64,000 nt of DNA, taken from assembly GCA_951406725.2 (NCBI GenBank), contig OX597831.1, positions 45,694,001 through 45,758,000 on the forward strand. The letters run 5' to 3'. This DNA comes from Octopus vulgaris. Lineage: Eukaryota. Below the pieces are notes generated by a model. It had not been told where the DNA came from. It searched no databases and worked only from the letters and a program-made list of their open reading frames with translations. A program made the position numbers and the translations under genes. Positions within the stretch are counted from its first letter, which is position 1. Every line of letters begins with the position of its first letter. This document shows, piece by piece, positions 39,786 to 53,014 of the stretch.

Positions 39786-40974
39786 TACCCCATCATAAGA
39801 CGACGTTTGCCTTTCCTCCTCCTTACAAGGTCATCATCATCGTTTAACGTCCGCTTTCCATGCTAGCATAGGTTGGACGATTTGACTGTGGGCTGACGAA
39901 CCAGATGGCTGCACCAGGCTCCAGTCTTGATCTGGCAGAGTTTCTACAGCTGGATGCCCTTCCTAACGACCTCACTCGAATTTTTTTTTTTTTTTAAGAA
40001 AATATTAGTCAAGTACTGGGGTCAACATAATCAACTAACTCCTTTACCCTGAAAATTGCTGCTCTTGTACCAAAGTTAGATAGAATTATTATCAAGATGG
40101 CAAGGCAGCAGAATCATTAGTGCATCAGAAAAAATGCTACATGGCATTTCTCCTGGTTCTTTGTGTTTTGGTTTCAAATTCTGAGGTTGACTCTGCTTTT
40201 CATCTTTTTTTGGGACAATAAAATAAATACCAGTTGAGTACTGGGGTCTATGTAATTTAAGGCTTTGTTTTTTATGATTATTATTGTGGGTTTTATTTCT
40301 TTCAATTTTGTTTCCATTTCTTGCCTAGTGTCTTCCAGACACCTAGGGCAAAGAAAATCATTGTATATATTGATAGGCCATTAAAATAAACACACTACAT
40401 TGTTCATTTACAAACTGAAAATATTTGAAAATAAAAGAAAGAAAAAGAAAGGAAAAAGGTAAAGAAAAATATTTACTTGGGTTGTAATCATTCTCACAGC
40501 AACAATGCTTTTCTCAATACATGTGATGTACCAGTTAAAACAATCTTTTCCACTTTTTACTCTTTTACTTGTTTCAGTCATGTGACTGTGGCCATGCTGG
40601 AGCACCGCCTTTAGTCGAGCAAATCGACTCTGGGACTTATTCTTTGTAAGCCTAGTACTTATTCTATCGGGCACTTTTGCTGAACCGCTAAGTTACGGGG
40701 ACATAAAAACACCAGCATCGGTTGTCAAGCAATGCTTGTATAGGCTATAGTAGAAGCCTATAGTAGAAGCCTACAATAGGCTATAGTAGAAGACACTTGC
40801 CCAAGATACCATGCAGTGGGACTGAACCCGGAACCATGTGGTTGGTAAGCAAGCTACTTACCACACAGCCACTCCTGCACCTGTACGCATCCAATGTAAA
40901 AACGTTCTAGAGATATAGGGAAGGAGAAAATAACTGTTGAATACACACACACAGTAAGACAGAGATCATTCTCA

Positions 40975-42122
40975 ACTAATTTTCAGTCTCTTTTTTTGAT
41001 CTGTTCCATAAATGCGTTTTTCCTCCACAAGGATGGATGTCAAAATCCTATATGTGGCAGATAAACAGGTTATGGGCCGATATTTTTCTTTGAACTTTGG
41101 TTTCGTTATTCTTTGGGAGTAGATAATACCACTTGCTAACCAATCAGCTGCGCTCATGGAATCTCTCATAATTTCTTTGAATAGCTGAACTAACGTTCCA
41201 CACGCACGTGAACATTTTTGGAGTGATGCAAGCCAGAAATTTGGTACCCTATTTTTACCAGGAGATTTCCACTTATGAGCCTTCATGAGTGTCATTCTTA
41301 GGTCTGCTACTGTGATGTCATCCCATGCTTGTTCTGGAAAATTTTGGTAGGATCTTTCTATGCATCTAATCCAATCTGCATATTCATTATGTCATCATCA
41401 TCGTTTAACGTCCGTTTTCCATGCTAGCATGGGTTGGATGATTTGACCAGGATCTAGGAAGCCAGGAGGCTGCATCAGGCTCCAGTCTGATCTACAGTTG
41501 GATGCCTTATTATTTTCACATTGGATGTGAACAGCTTATTTTGCTTGTAAAATTTGTTTCTTTTCTCAAATCTTTGTATCCTTTGAGCTTTCGTTTCAGT
41601 GTTTCCTTTGTTGATATCAGTTCTTCTCTGGGTGAAAATCCATTTTTTTCTCTTCATCTTTCTTCCTTTTCTGGATTTTACATCGTTTCCAAAGATTAGT
41701 TCATTTAATATTGATATTTCACCTCTCATTAATTCAATCTCTTTTTCAGTTTTACTTTTCCAGTTTGGATTTCTTCCCAAGTTCTTTTTTCTTTTTTCTT
41801 TTTTTTTCGGAAACATGCAGCCTGGTTTCAATTGCTTTAGCAGATGCATAAATAATTTCATTTAACTCAGTGAAATCAACTTAAATCCCCATATGATTTC
41901 TTTTGTTACATTGTTCTCTTTCTCTTTCTCTTTTACTTGTTTCAGTCATTTGACTGCAGCCATGCTGGAGCACTGCCTTTAGTCGAGCAAATTGACCCCA
42001 GGACTTGTAAGCCCAGTACTTATTCTATCGGTCTCTTTTGCCGAACCGCTAAGTGACGGGGACGTAAAACACACCAGCATCGGTTGTCAAGCAATGCTAG
42101 GGGGACAAACACAGACACACAA

Positions 42123-42187
<65 letters not shown>

Positions 42188-43130
42188 CATATATACGACA
42201 GGCTTCTTTTAGTTTCCGTCTACCAAATCCACTCACAAGGCATTGGTCGGTCCGGGGCTATAGCCGAAGACACTTGCCCAAGATGCCACGCAGTGGGACT
42301 GAACCTGGAACCATGTGGTTGGTAAGCAAGCTACTTACCACACAGCCACTCCTAATTTCATTTAACTCAGTGAAATCAAGTTTAAATCCCCATATGATTT
42401 CGTTTGTTACACTGTTGCTAATTTCAATTTGTTTTTTTTAATTCTGGTTTGCATTTGTGAGTTCATGAAATGGTTCTCTATCATTCATACTTGCATGTCT
42501 TACAACCTCAAACTTATTCAGAATTTTCTCCTTCATTCCCATCATAGACTCACTGTGTTCTTCAGCAAATGTGTGGTTTTCAAAAATCTCCTTACCACTT
42601 TTCTGGCTATCTTTATTAGGTTCATTAGAATTTATTATTTCTTCAGGCCTTTTCATAATTTGGTCAGATGGTAGTCATTCAATTAAGATTAATGGCAGGC
42701 TCCTCTCTTCACCTGATTCTTCATTTCCTGCCTGTCATTTTCCACTACAAACTTAATCATGATTATTTCACTATCTGTGAGTCTGTTATTTCTAAAGAAT
42801 CCCTCATAACATTTGCTAATTTGTTTTTATCCAAATAGGGTCTGCTGTCTTGATTTCATGTTCTCCATATTTTGTAAGAGTTTGCAGTGTTTCTTTCTTG
42901 AGATGGCCTACCAAATACATAGTAACAAGTGTATATAACTTGTTTATACTCTTTGTGGTGGCTGTGGTGGTGAACTTGTAGGGCTCAAGTTGGGGTAGTT
43001 CCAGGTTCATATTTGGAGAAGAGTTTGTGCTACTGGATGGCTTTTCAACCCCAGGCTGGCTCTTCCCTGAGGGACAAGCTTCTGGATTAAACATGAAACA
43101 AGTGATTTGGTGTACTACTTAAATTTTTCT
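40975..43130 (-). mobile_element. Degenerate R4/Dong-clade non-LTR retrotransposon (N-terminal region to RT domains 0-2)
   Basis: KAHKWKSPGKNRVPNFWL, KYRPITCLSATYRILTSIL, NPNWKSKTEKEI and KAQRIQRFEKRNKFYKQNKLF. Interrupted by SINE A and an RTE tail. Confidence 0.8.
41917..42352 (-). mobile_element. SINE family A inserted in the R4/Dong relic
   Basis: Full-length copy flanked by a ~63-bp direct duplication. Confidence 0.85.
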
Positions 43131-43312
43131 TCTTGTTCTATAAGACATTTTTATTCTATATTAATATTATTATTATTGAGTCCTGTGTGGTTACTGCAGA
43201 AATGGTTATTATCATCTCTATCATTATTATCACCTTTACCATTATTGTAATTAAAATTACGCCTACCATTATTATTTTTATTATTATTGATTACTACTAC
43301 TACTACTATTGA

Positions 43313-43582
43313 AGGCAGCAAGCTGGCAAAGTTGTTAGCACCCTGGACGGAATGCTTAGCAGTATTTCGCCCGTTGCTACTTTTTGAGTTCAAATTCCGC
43401 TGAGGTCGACTTTGCCTTTCATCCTTTTGGGATCAATAAATTAGGTACCAGTCAAGCATTGGGGTCGATGTGATCGATTGTCCCCCTCTCCACAAAAATC
43501 CAAATCTTCTGCCTATAGTAGAAAGGATTATTATTATTGTTGTTGTTGTTGTTGTTGTCATTATTATTATTATTATTATTAT

Positions 43583-43634
<52 letters not shown>

Positions 43635-44472
43635 CACCTCACAGATGAACACACAACCTAGGATTGTTTTTATGGAAGACCACCAGTTGCCCATGCATAC
43701 CAGCCTCCCCTCTACACACCACTGATGTTATCCAAGAGAAAGGCAAAGGCCAATACAGCTTGGCACCAGTGACATCGCAACTCATTTCTACAGCTGAGTG
43801 AACTGGAGCAACATGAAATGAAGTGTCTTGCTCAAGAACACAACACACAGCCCGGTCCAAGAATCGAACTCACAATCTCACAATCGTAAGCTCAACACTC
43901 TAACTACTGAGCAATGTGCCTTCATGGTAAAGGTCTAATGTACAACACATACATTTGATCACTATAAAAATCATTTGTGAAGGATGTTCAACAAAAAGCT
44001 GAACACTCATACACCATCTTTAATGGGAGAGTTCCATCATCATCATCATCATCATCATCATTATTATTGGCAGCAAGCTGAATTGTTCTTAGTGGTATTT
44101 CAATTCTGAGTTCAAATTCTGCCAAGGTCAATCAACTTTGCTTTTCATCCTTTTGGGGTTGATAAAATAAGTACCAGTTGTACACTGGTGTCAATACATT
44201 CAACTCGTCCCCCCATCTCCTCCAAGCTGCCCTTGTGCATTATTATTATTATTATTATTATTAAGGCGGCAAGCTCACAGAATCATTAGCACACCAGGCA
44301 AAATGCTTAGCGGCATTTCGACCGACTTTATGTTTTGAGTTCAAATTCTGCTGGGGTTGACTTTGCCTTTCATCCTTTCGGAGTTGATTAAGTACCAGTT
44401 ATGCACTGGGGTTGATGTAATTGACTTACCCACTTCTCCTAAATTTCAGGCTTTGTGCTTGTAGTACAAAGG

Positions 44473-44506
<34 letters not shown>

Positions 44507-44603
44507 ATATTATTATTATTAATATTATTATTATTAATATTATTATTATTAATATTATTATTATTATTAATATTATTATTATTATTAATATTATTATTAT
44601 TAA

Positions 44604-44648
<45 letters not shown>

Positions 44649-45105
44649 GGCGATGAGCTCACAGAATCATTAGCACACCAGGGAAAAAGCTTAGCGGCAT
44701 TTCATCCATCTTTATGTTCTGAGTTCAAATTCCACCGGGGTCGACTTAGCCTTTCATCTTTTCGGGTTTGATAAAATAAGTACCAGTTGAACACTGGGGT
44801 TGATGTAATCGATTCACCCCCTTCCCCAAAACTGCTGCCCTTGTGGCAAAATTTGAAGCCATTATTATTATCATTATTATTATTATTATTGAAGGAAGCA
44901 AGCTGGCAGAATTATTAGCATGCTAGACGAAATGCTTAGCAGTATTTTGCCTGTCACAACATTCTGAGTTCAAATTCCATTCAGGTTGACTTTGCCTTTC
45001 ATCCTTTCAGGGTTGATAAAATAAGTGCCAGTTGAACACTGGGGTTCATGTAATCAACTCATCCCCTCCCCCAAAACTGTTGCCCTTGTGGTAAAATTTG
45101 AAATC
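43313..45105 (+). mobile_element. Cluster of ~5 SINE family B copies separated by (ATT)n tracts (plus one unrelated SINE at 43635-43925, minus)
   Basis: Repeated AAG(C/G)TGGCAGAA..GAGTTCAAATTC..GCCTTTCATCC units, each flanked by ATT repeats. Confidence 0.8.
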
Positions 45106-45317
45106 ATTATTATTATTATTATTATTATTGAGTGAGAGAGCAGTGCATGCCATCAAAGTGACACTGGAGTAAAATATACGAAGCCCAGTATACCCATCAT
45201 GACTACCCGTCTGATAAGGGTACACCAGGCACATGCATCACAACCATATGTGCGCGACATGGTGATCTCATATCAAGATAAACAGCACATGACCTTATTA
45301 TTATTATTATTATTATT

Positions 45318-45872
45318 GAGTGAGAGAGCAGTTCATGCCATCAAAGTGACACTGGGGTAAAATATACGAAGCCCAGTATACCCATCATGACTACCCGTCT
45401 GATAAGGGTACACCAGGCACATGCATCACAACCATATGTGCGCGACATGGTGATCTCATATCAAGATAAACAGCACATGACCTTGCAGGTGGGGCCCAGT
45501 TAGAATTTTCTTCTGGTCAAGTAACCCATTCCCCACAAAAGATCCCTGAATAAGGATTGTTTAAGGATGTTGAACGAAACACCCATGTTTCCAGAGGTGA
45601 ATCATTCAAACCCCAAAGAACCCTTCTCAACACATGGCTATGATGCTCCCCCACTACTTCTGCTCGTGATCAGAGATGCACATATCATCAGCCACTAAGG
45701 GACATGCTCAACTGGTTAAGGTCAAACAACTGAGAAGCAAATCTGTGGTATTGAGCAGAATATTTACTGTAGCCCATCTTTTATACCAAGACAAAACAAT
45801 GTACATGATAACACTTCCAATCAGTTAAGATCAGAAGCCACGAGAGCCACTGCCTGGTACTGCATCAGGGCA
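45318..45872 (-). mobile_element. Family D element, full length, preceded by a truncated copy (45130-45295)
   Basis: 555 bp. The truncated copy retains only the CTCTCACTC(AAT)n end. Confidence 0.85.
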
Positions 45873-45949
45873 TTTATTATTATCATTATTATTATCATTA
45901 TTATTATTATGAAATATAAGATAACAAAACAAGTTGTAATGATTCTTAC

Positions 45950-46128
45950 CGATAGGTTACTCCGGGAAACAGAATATACGTCCAGTGGTTTAATGATCCC
46001 TTGTAGTGATATAACAACACGAGGTAACTGTGGAAAGGTGACAAACTGCAACACTTCATAGAAAATCCCAATTTGGGGAGATTTAAAAGTAAACGGGAAT
46101 TCTATTGTCTGATTTGGTAAAATGACAC
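45950..46128 (-). CDS. MYCBPAP: MYCBPAP exon (GVILPNQTIEFPFTFKSPQIGIFYEVLQFVTFPQLPRVVISLQGIIKPLDVYSVSRSNLS)
   Basis: Acceptor ccttttcag, donor TCG|gtaaga, 179 nt. GVILP..F.F.FKS...G.F.E is a conserved MYCBPAP block. Confidence 0.92.
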
Positions 46129-46246
46129 CTGAAAAGGAGCAATCACAGAGTTACAGTAGGATTTGGTTAAGTAGTGACATATCTCTTGTCTGAAGACATA
46201 AATAAAAACAGAATGGATTACTTGAGCTTAAATTAGAACTCACTGC

Positions 46247-46662
46247 GGATCTTTTCGGTTTGAACGGCAGTTTTTTCTAGCGGTGTCATATGAAATTGTC
46301 ACCCATAATTATGACCCTAGTATCAATCTATTGCATTTCAATCTATTTTAGGGTTAGGGTTAGGAGTGGGAGGAAGGGCATCTTTTTTTCTTCGCAAATG
46401 TAAATAAACCCAATCTGTTTCTTAAAAGAGGGACATATTCATACGGCACAGAATATTTTCACCTTCAATAGACGTCATTGATTGGTTGAAATTGTAGAAA
46501 TTGAAGAAAAAAAACAAATATCTTACAAACTATAGAATTTTTTCAATAAAGCCAAGAGAAAAAGATGTTTTATAAACACATTCTACCAGTATACAAAGTT
46601 TAAAAGTATTTAGTTACGTGGAAATTATTTTTAAAAAACTGCCGTTCAAACCGAAAAGATCC
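46247..46662. mobile_element. MITE with GGATCTTT termini, ~29-bp TIR, 8-bp TSD and internal TTAGGG repeats
   Basis: GGATCTTTTCGGTTTGAACGGCAGTTTTT / AAAAACTGCCGTTCAAACCGAAAAGATCC, TSD CTCACTGC on both sides. Confidence 0.9.
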
Positions 46663-47827
46663 CTCACTGCAATGGACTTTGTATTTAAGTCTCATTGATT
46701 TCCTTTGTCATTAATGACAGTTTCAAGTGAAAACTGAAACTATTCCATAGGAGCTTATCTTTTTTGTTCTAGAGTGCTCAGCAAAGGAATATTATATTAC
46801 TACCTGTGACAGAGAAATGTGGCCTAGTGGTTAGGGTGTTCCAATTCCCAGACCAGCTGTGTGTCGTGTTCTTGATCAAAACACTTCCATTTCATATTGC
46901 TCCAGTCCACTCAGCTGCAAACAGATAACCTTGTGCTGGATTAACATGCAAGGGAGAGATGGTGACTCGGGAAAATCACCTGAATGGAAGTCCCATGAGC
47001 AACGTTTTGTATTCAACAACTGAAAGGATGAATAGTGTACAACCTGTACTGTGAATCCCAACTGATTGGGATTGGTTGTTCAATCATGTCAAAAGTTGAT
47101 GATGACCTGTGATGAGAGACAAGTCCAAGAAATTTGAACAAGCAAAGTATTCATCATCATCATCATCATCATCATCATTTAACGTCTACTTTCCATGCTA
47201 GCATGGGTTAGATGGTTTGACTGAAACTGGTAAGGCGGAAGGCTGTGTCAGGTTCCAGTCTGATTTGGCATGGTCTCTATGGCTGGGTGCCCTTCCTAAT
47301 GCCAACCACTCTGAGAGTGTAACGGGTGCATTTTACATGCCATTTACATAACACTGGCAATAGCCACAACTACAATTCACCCAGTATATCTTATACTCTC
47401 AATAGAGCTCTTGCTGAAGCAAAAGTACTATTTTCCTGAGGTGGATACAAGCACAATTGATTAAGTTCAGTCAACCCCACCAGTTTCTTTTTGGTGTTTG
47501 AAAGCTGAATCTGATTCTAACAGGATAAAAAAGTTCCATCTCAAGTCCTGGGACTCATAGGGCTGGTTACCCAGTTTCCCTGGCATGTAAAATGACCATG
47601 ATCACAACATTCTTCTTGAATGTCCATCGTAGGGTAACTCCTTTACAGCTGAATGGACAGGAGCAACACTAAATGAAGTGTTTTGCTCAAGAACACAACA
47701 CACCAACTGGTCTACAAATTGAAACCATGATCTTGCGCTCATGAATGCAACATGCTGACCACAAGGTCACATAATTTTGCCCTAACAGGATCTGAACTCA
47801 CAAATACAAGTGACTGAATTACATACT

Positions 47828-48200
47828 AACAAGAGCACTCAGAGAGCGCAAACTTCCACCAAGGCAACACCAACGTCTCAACGATTAGCCAGAGATAATT
47901 TTTAAAATGAGAATATCTAAAATAAACTCAACTGCTCTCAGAATCGAGAATACTAGAAATAAACCTGACTGCTCTCAAAAATTAAGTAAAAAAAATCAGG
48001 AAAAATAATCCAGAATCTTTGTCCGGTACTGGATTGATCCCAAAATCTAATCAGTTTGTGCCAGTCATGAGGCCAAATAACCCAAAAGTTTCATCCGAAT
48101 TCATCTGGCAGTTTTTGAGATATCTTGTCCATGGACAAACAATCAAACAAACAAACACGACTGGAAACAATACCTCTGATTTCGCCAAGACGGAAGTAAT
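47828..48200 (+). mobile_element. Helentron-associated (HINE/DINE-1-like) non-autonomous element
   Basis: Starts AACAAGAG, has an AAGTTTCATCCGAAT..GTTTTTGAGATAT core, an (ACAA)n microsatellite and a degenerate terminal stem-loop ending GTAA. Confidence 0.55.
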
Positions 48201-48865
48201 AAAAGGAACTCATCCAGCTTACTTCCATCTGTGACAGAAATTATTGCTCAGTTTAGAGTAGTCTGAGCAACTGAGAGAGAGAGAGTGCCTCTATGTGGTT
48301 GTTTGATCTGATAGAAATAGAAACCAAATCTCCTTCAACTTACACCTTATCTTAAAAAACGACAAGGACACAGTGGATAAGGCTGTCTCAGATTTTTTTC
48401 CTTTTAACACTTAGAAAGATAGTCCAGGTCTTTACAGGGCCTTTAAGGGCAGCGGTAGGAATGGTAAAAGGAGAGAGAAGAGAGGCGGAGGGAGAGAAGC
48501 AGAGGAGGAAAGGCAGAGGGAGAGAGGTGGGGGGAAAAGGTATCCTGATCTGAATACCTTCCTCCCTGGAAGAGACCTGGATGCTTGCAATGGAGTGGAC
48601 TTTGTTAAAGACACCCAAGGACTGGGTAACAGTGCTATACTGGGTATGAAGTCTGTCATACAAAAGTCATTCATTTCCAGTATTCTGCAAAAACATATCT
48701 GGGCAATGGGGAAGTGTTATTACCTTGCTTAGAAACAAGATAATAATGAGGGGTTGGCGCTAGGAAGGGCATTCAGTCATAGAAAATCTGCCTCTATAAA
48801 TTCCGTCCAACCCATACAAGCATGAAAAGTGGACATTAAAACAAACGACGATGACAATGGCGACA

Positions 48866-48904
<39 letters not shown>

Positions 48905-50551
48905 GCTATATTATTGAATGAGTCCTTCCGTTTTTTGTTTTTTAAGACAGTACAAATATGATCTGTGGGAGATTTGGTTGCAATCTGTAGCAGGCTCAAT
49001 GACCACAAGGAAGTCCACCCGTCTCCCTGTTGGCTTATAAACGTAGTCTTGTTAAATATACAACTTTTTCATACAAGTCTTGCTCTTGCACATATAAATT
49101 GATTTCTCGTATCAGACATGATATCTGTCTCAGTTGCTAACCAAGGTTAATAAGAAAGACATAAAGACCAGCTTTCCTCTAAAATAACCTCAAGCAATGA
49201 AAACACAGATGAAAGCTGAAACTGGTTTACTAATATAAAGTATCAATAGCCTTACAGAGACTCATTTATCTCTCCTGTGTTTCTTGTCTGTTTGTGTGTG
49301 TGTGTGTGTGTGTGCATGTGTGTGTGCATATGTGTGTGTGTGTAACACTACAATTAAGCAATGACATCATAATTGGTATGTAAATCATTTATCTTTTTGT
49401 CTTTTATCTTTTTCAGTCATTGGACCATGGCCATACTGGAGCAGCACCTTCGAAGTGCTTAATGAAACAAATCAACCCCAGAACTTATATTTCTTTTTTT
49501 AAGCCCAGTACTTATACAGTCATTTTTTGTTGACCCACTTAGTTATGGAGATGTAAACAAACCAACAAAGGTGGTGGTGGTGGTGGTGGTGGTGGTGGTG
49601 GTGGTGGTGGTGGTGGTGGGTAACAAACACAAATACTGCCCCCCCCCCCCATCCACACACACACACTCACATATTATTCAAAACAGTTTGATTCAGTTCC
49701 ATGCTACTTCAAGTTTAGCAGGCCCCTAATGGGAGCCCAACTGCTTCATGCTTCTGGAATGAAGAAGTCACCCAAAAAAAAAAAAAAGAAAATTGTAGTT
49801 GTCGTTAAATGTGGCTATGGTCTTTAGAAAATAGCTACATTGCTAGAAATAAGAGGTAAAATGCTCTAATGCTGTTGTCAAAGCACATAAATGTAAACAT
49901 ATACACTAATATATATTAGAGGAACTTGCTGAAACTGGTGTCAGTATAAGGAATTCTCAATTGGCACTTTTCGGACAATTATGGTCCCTGTTAGAGTATA
50001 TATTTACATTTATGTGCGGTAACTACAGCATTAGAACATTTTAGCTCTTATTTCTAGCAATATAGGTGTTTTCTAACACCATAGTCACATTTAGTCTCCT
50101 TTCTAGTGAACCATTGCAAACTGCTGTTTATATTAATTTTGTGTGTGTGTGTATGTATATATATATATGCATGCGGAGGCGCAATAGCCCAATGGTTAGG
50201 GCAGCAGACTCGTGGTCACAGGATCACGGTTTCGATTCCCAGACCGGGCATTGTGAGTGTTTATTGAGTGAAAACACCTAAAATTCCACAAGGCTCCGGC
50301 AGGGGATGGTGGAAAACCCTGCTGTACTCTTTCACCACAACTTTCACTCTTTCTTCCTGTTTCTGTTGTACCTGTATTTCAAAGGGACAACCTTGTCACA
50401 CTCTGTGTCATGCTGAATCTCCCCGAGAATTGCGTTAAGGGTACATGTGCCTGTGGAGTGCTCAGCCACTTGCACTTTAATTTCATGAGCAGGCTGTTCT
50501 GTTGATTAGATCAACTGGAACTCTCATTGTCATAACCAACAGAGTGCCACG

Positions 50552-50587
<36 letters not shown>

Positions 50588-51392
50588 ATTTGAAAGTCTA
50601 TGAGAATTACTTAATACAGGTGTGTATGCTTGTGCGTGTGTATCATTGGTCTTAGCAGCAGTATGGCCTTCCCCTCAGCCCCATCCTCTCACCCCATACT
50701 GCTGCTAACGATATAAAAAATATATAAAAAATAAATAAATATATTTGTCACATACCTGTGGTAAATATAAGAAATAGAGATAGATGAAATAAATAAATAA
50801 ATAAATTTATATAAAGGGTATGGATACAAACAACATATGAAGTGAACCCATACACACACACAAAGACAATAACTTTATGGACAGCCACAACAATATCAAC
50901 ACAATTAACAACAACAGCAGCAGCAGTGGTAACAATGACAGCAATAACAACATCAACTACCACGATGGCAACACCATGGGCGAACACACAAACACAGAGT
51001 GATACAGGAACTGTACCAAATTATCGGGTCCTAGGACAGCAGCAACACAATGGGGTGAAAGGTGGGAAAGGAAGGGAAGGGAAGGCTATACTGCTAAGAA
51101 CAATGACACATACACACAAGCATACACACACACACACACCCATAGACACACGTGCACACATATGGGGACGCATGTACATATAAGGATACACATCATAGAA
51201 GAGCAGAATGGAGTAAGTGGAGCAAGAGTACACACGTAAACAAAAAGTGTCACTGAAGAGGTCACAGATGTGTGACGAAAGATATCCAACCAATGGACAT
51301 GAGTTAAAATAAGAACAATAATAAACAAGTGAAGAACGAATTTATAGTGCGCTTGTTTATTTGGCAAAAAAATGACCATCCCGAAATACAAC

Positions 51393-51467
<75 letters not shown>

Positions 51468-51753
51468 TATAGTGGGTTTCCTAACAGTTTCTGTCAGATA
51501 ATTTCAATCCCAAGACACAAGATATTGGTTATCCCTTGACAATAGAAAATCTTGCCCATAATGCCAAACAGAGGGAATGAGCCAGAAGCCATGAGATTAC
51601 AAAATGAACTTCTTAAACAAATAGCCCTGCCTTGTACTGAAGTTATTAAAAAAAAAAAAAAAAATTTAAAAATTAAAATTAAAATGAGGGTAAAAAAACT
51701 GCTTAGCTAGCAACAATTCATTTGTCTCAATGTTACAAAAATCAAATATTTAC

Positions 51754-51826
51754 CATCTGAATCATTGAAATAGAAATATTGGTGTTGTCTTTGGAAAGGG
51801 TTGAACGGGTTGTCTTTGAAAAGTTT
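51754..51826 (-). CDS. MYCBPAP: MYCBPAP exon (KLFKDNPFNPFQRQHQYFYFNDSDG)
   Basis: Acceptor ttatttccag, donor G|gtaaat. 73 nt, phase 0 to 1. QYFYFND matches QRFYFDN. Confidence 0.88.
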
Positions 51827-52121
51827 CTGGAAATAAGAGAATTGTTTCAAGATCTCAGATGGATAATAAAAAGTTAAGAGATATCTGGAGTGAAAAAAAA
51901 AAATGAATTTTTACTGTATTAACCTTTATGGTTAGGGATCCTAAGAACATCAAAGATTATCCCCAGTTCTATACAATAAAAATGCAATATTTAAAATGTA
52001 CATGTCTAAATTAAAACAGCTTGCATAAGAATTTTATATAAGAACTGTCTGTTAATTCTGTTATGTTCCAATAATAAAAAAAAATCTTATTTTATACTAA
52101 ATCCTTTCAAATTCTTAATTA

Positions 52122-53014
52122 TAAGGGTAATCCCAAAAGTAAGGTCTCCAAAAATATTTAGAAATCACAGAAATGTTTATTGTCAATGATGTTTACATCA
52201 TTTTAAAGTTTGAACATTTATCTATTTTTCTACATAACCACCATTTCAGTCGATGCACTTTTGTAGGCACCGGGTCAGTTTTTATAAAACCATGCCATAC
52301 CAGCTCACCACCATGTCATTGAGGAAGTGTTAACCTCATCTTTCACCTTGTCATCATTGCTGAAGCATGTTCCAGCCAAATGTTCTTTCAACTTAGGGAA
52401 CAGGTGGTAGTCACTGGGTGCCAAGTCCAGACTATAAGGTGGGTTGCCATTTATGGTCTTCTATGAGCATTTATGGGACCCATCTTGCACACATCTTCCG
52501 ATATTGCAATTTTTCACTCAAAACCCTATGAATGGTGCTTTGGGAAACCTCAAGAACCAAAATGTGAAGATAATCCAGAGTGATCCCGTAATCTTCATGC
52601 AGGATTTGCTCAACCTTTGCAACTGTCTTGTCAGAAATTGATGGTCACTCCACTTCTTTCTTCATTGTGAATTTCAGTATGACCACCTGCAAACCCCCTA
52701 CACCACTTGCAGACGTTTTTGACATCCATGTACAACTTACTGTACACTTTCGTTAATTGACAATGAATTTCAATCGGTTTAATGCCTTTTGCATTCAAAA
52801 ACTGAATAACTGTGCAAACTTCACACTTGGTGGTAGCGTCAATCGAGAACTCCATCAGATACAATTGCCAAGCCAAGACTGAGCATGACAGTGAGGCACA
52901 CAGGGAGAGGTGCAGGTGCATGCACAACAAACACAACAGTGTTGCCAATAGCCACATGCACAGTTTCCCTGCATCCCCAGCGCTTTGGATACCTTACTTT
53001 TGGGATTACCCATA
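52122..53014 (-). mobile_element. Internally deleted mariner element with both TIRs
   Basis: TIRs GGGTAATCCCAAAAGTAAGGT / ACCTTACTTTTGGGATTACCC. N-terminal KCEVCTVIQFLNAKGIKPIEIHCQL and C-terminal HPPYS(P)DLAPSDYHLFP-like remnant. Confidence 0.85.

Noticed and set aside
50175-50250. tRNA-like sequence with A and B boxes (also at 37965 and 55620)
   Set aside because: It continues directly into a SINE body and occurs in multiple diverged copies, so it is a SINE head rather than a tRNA gene.
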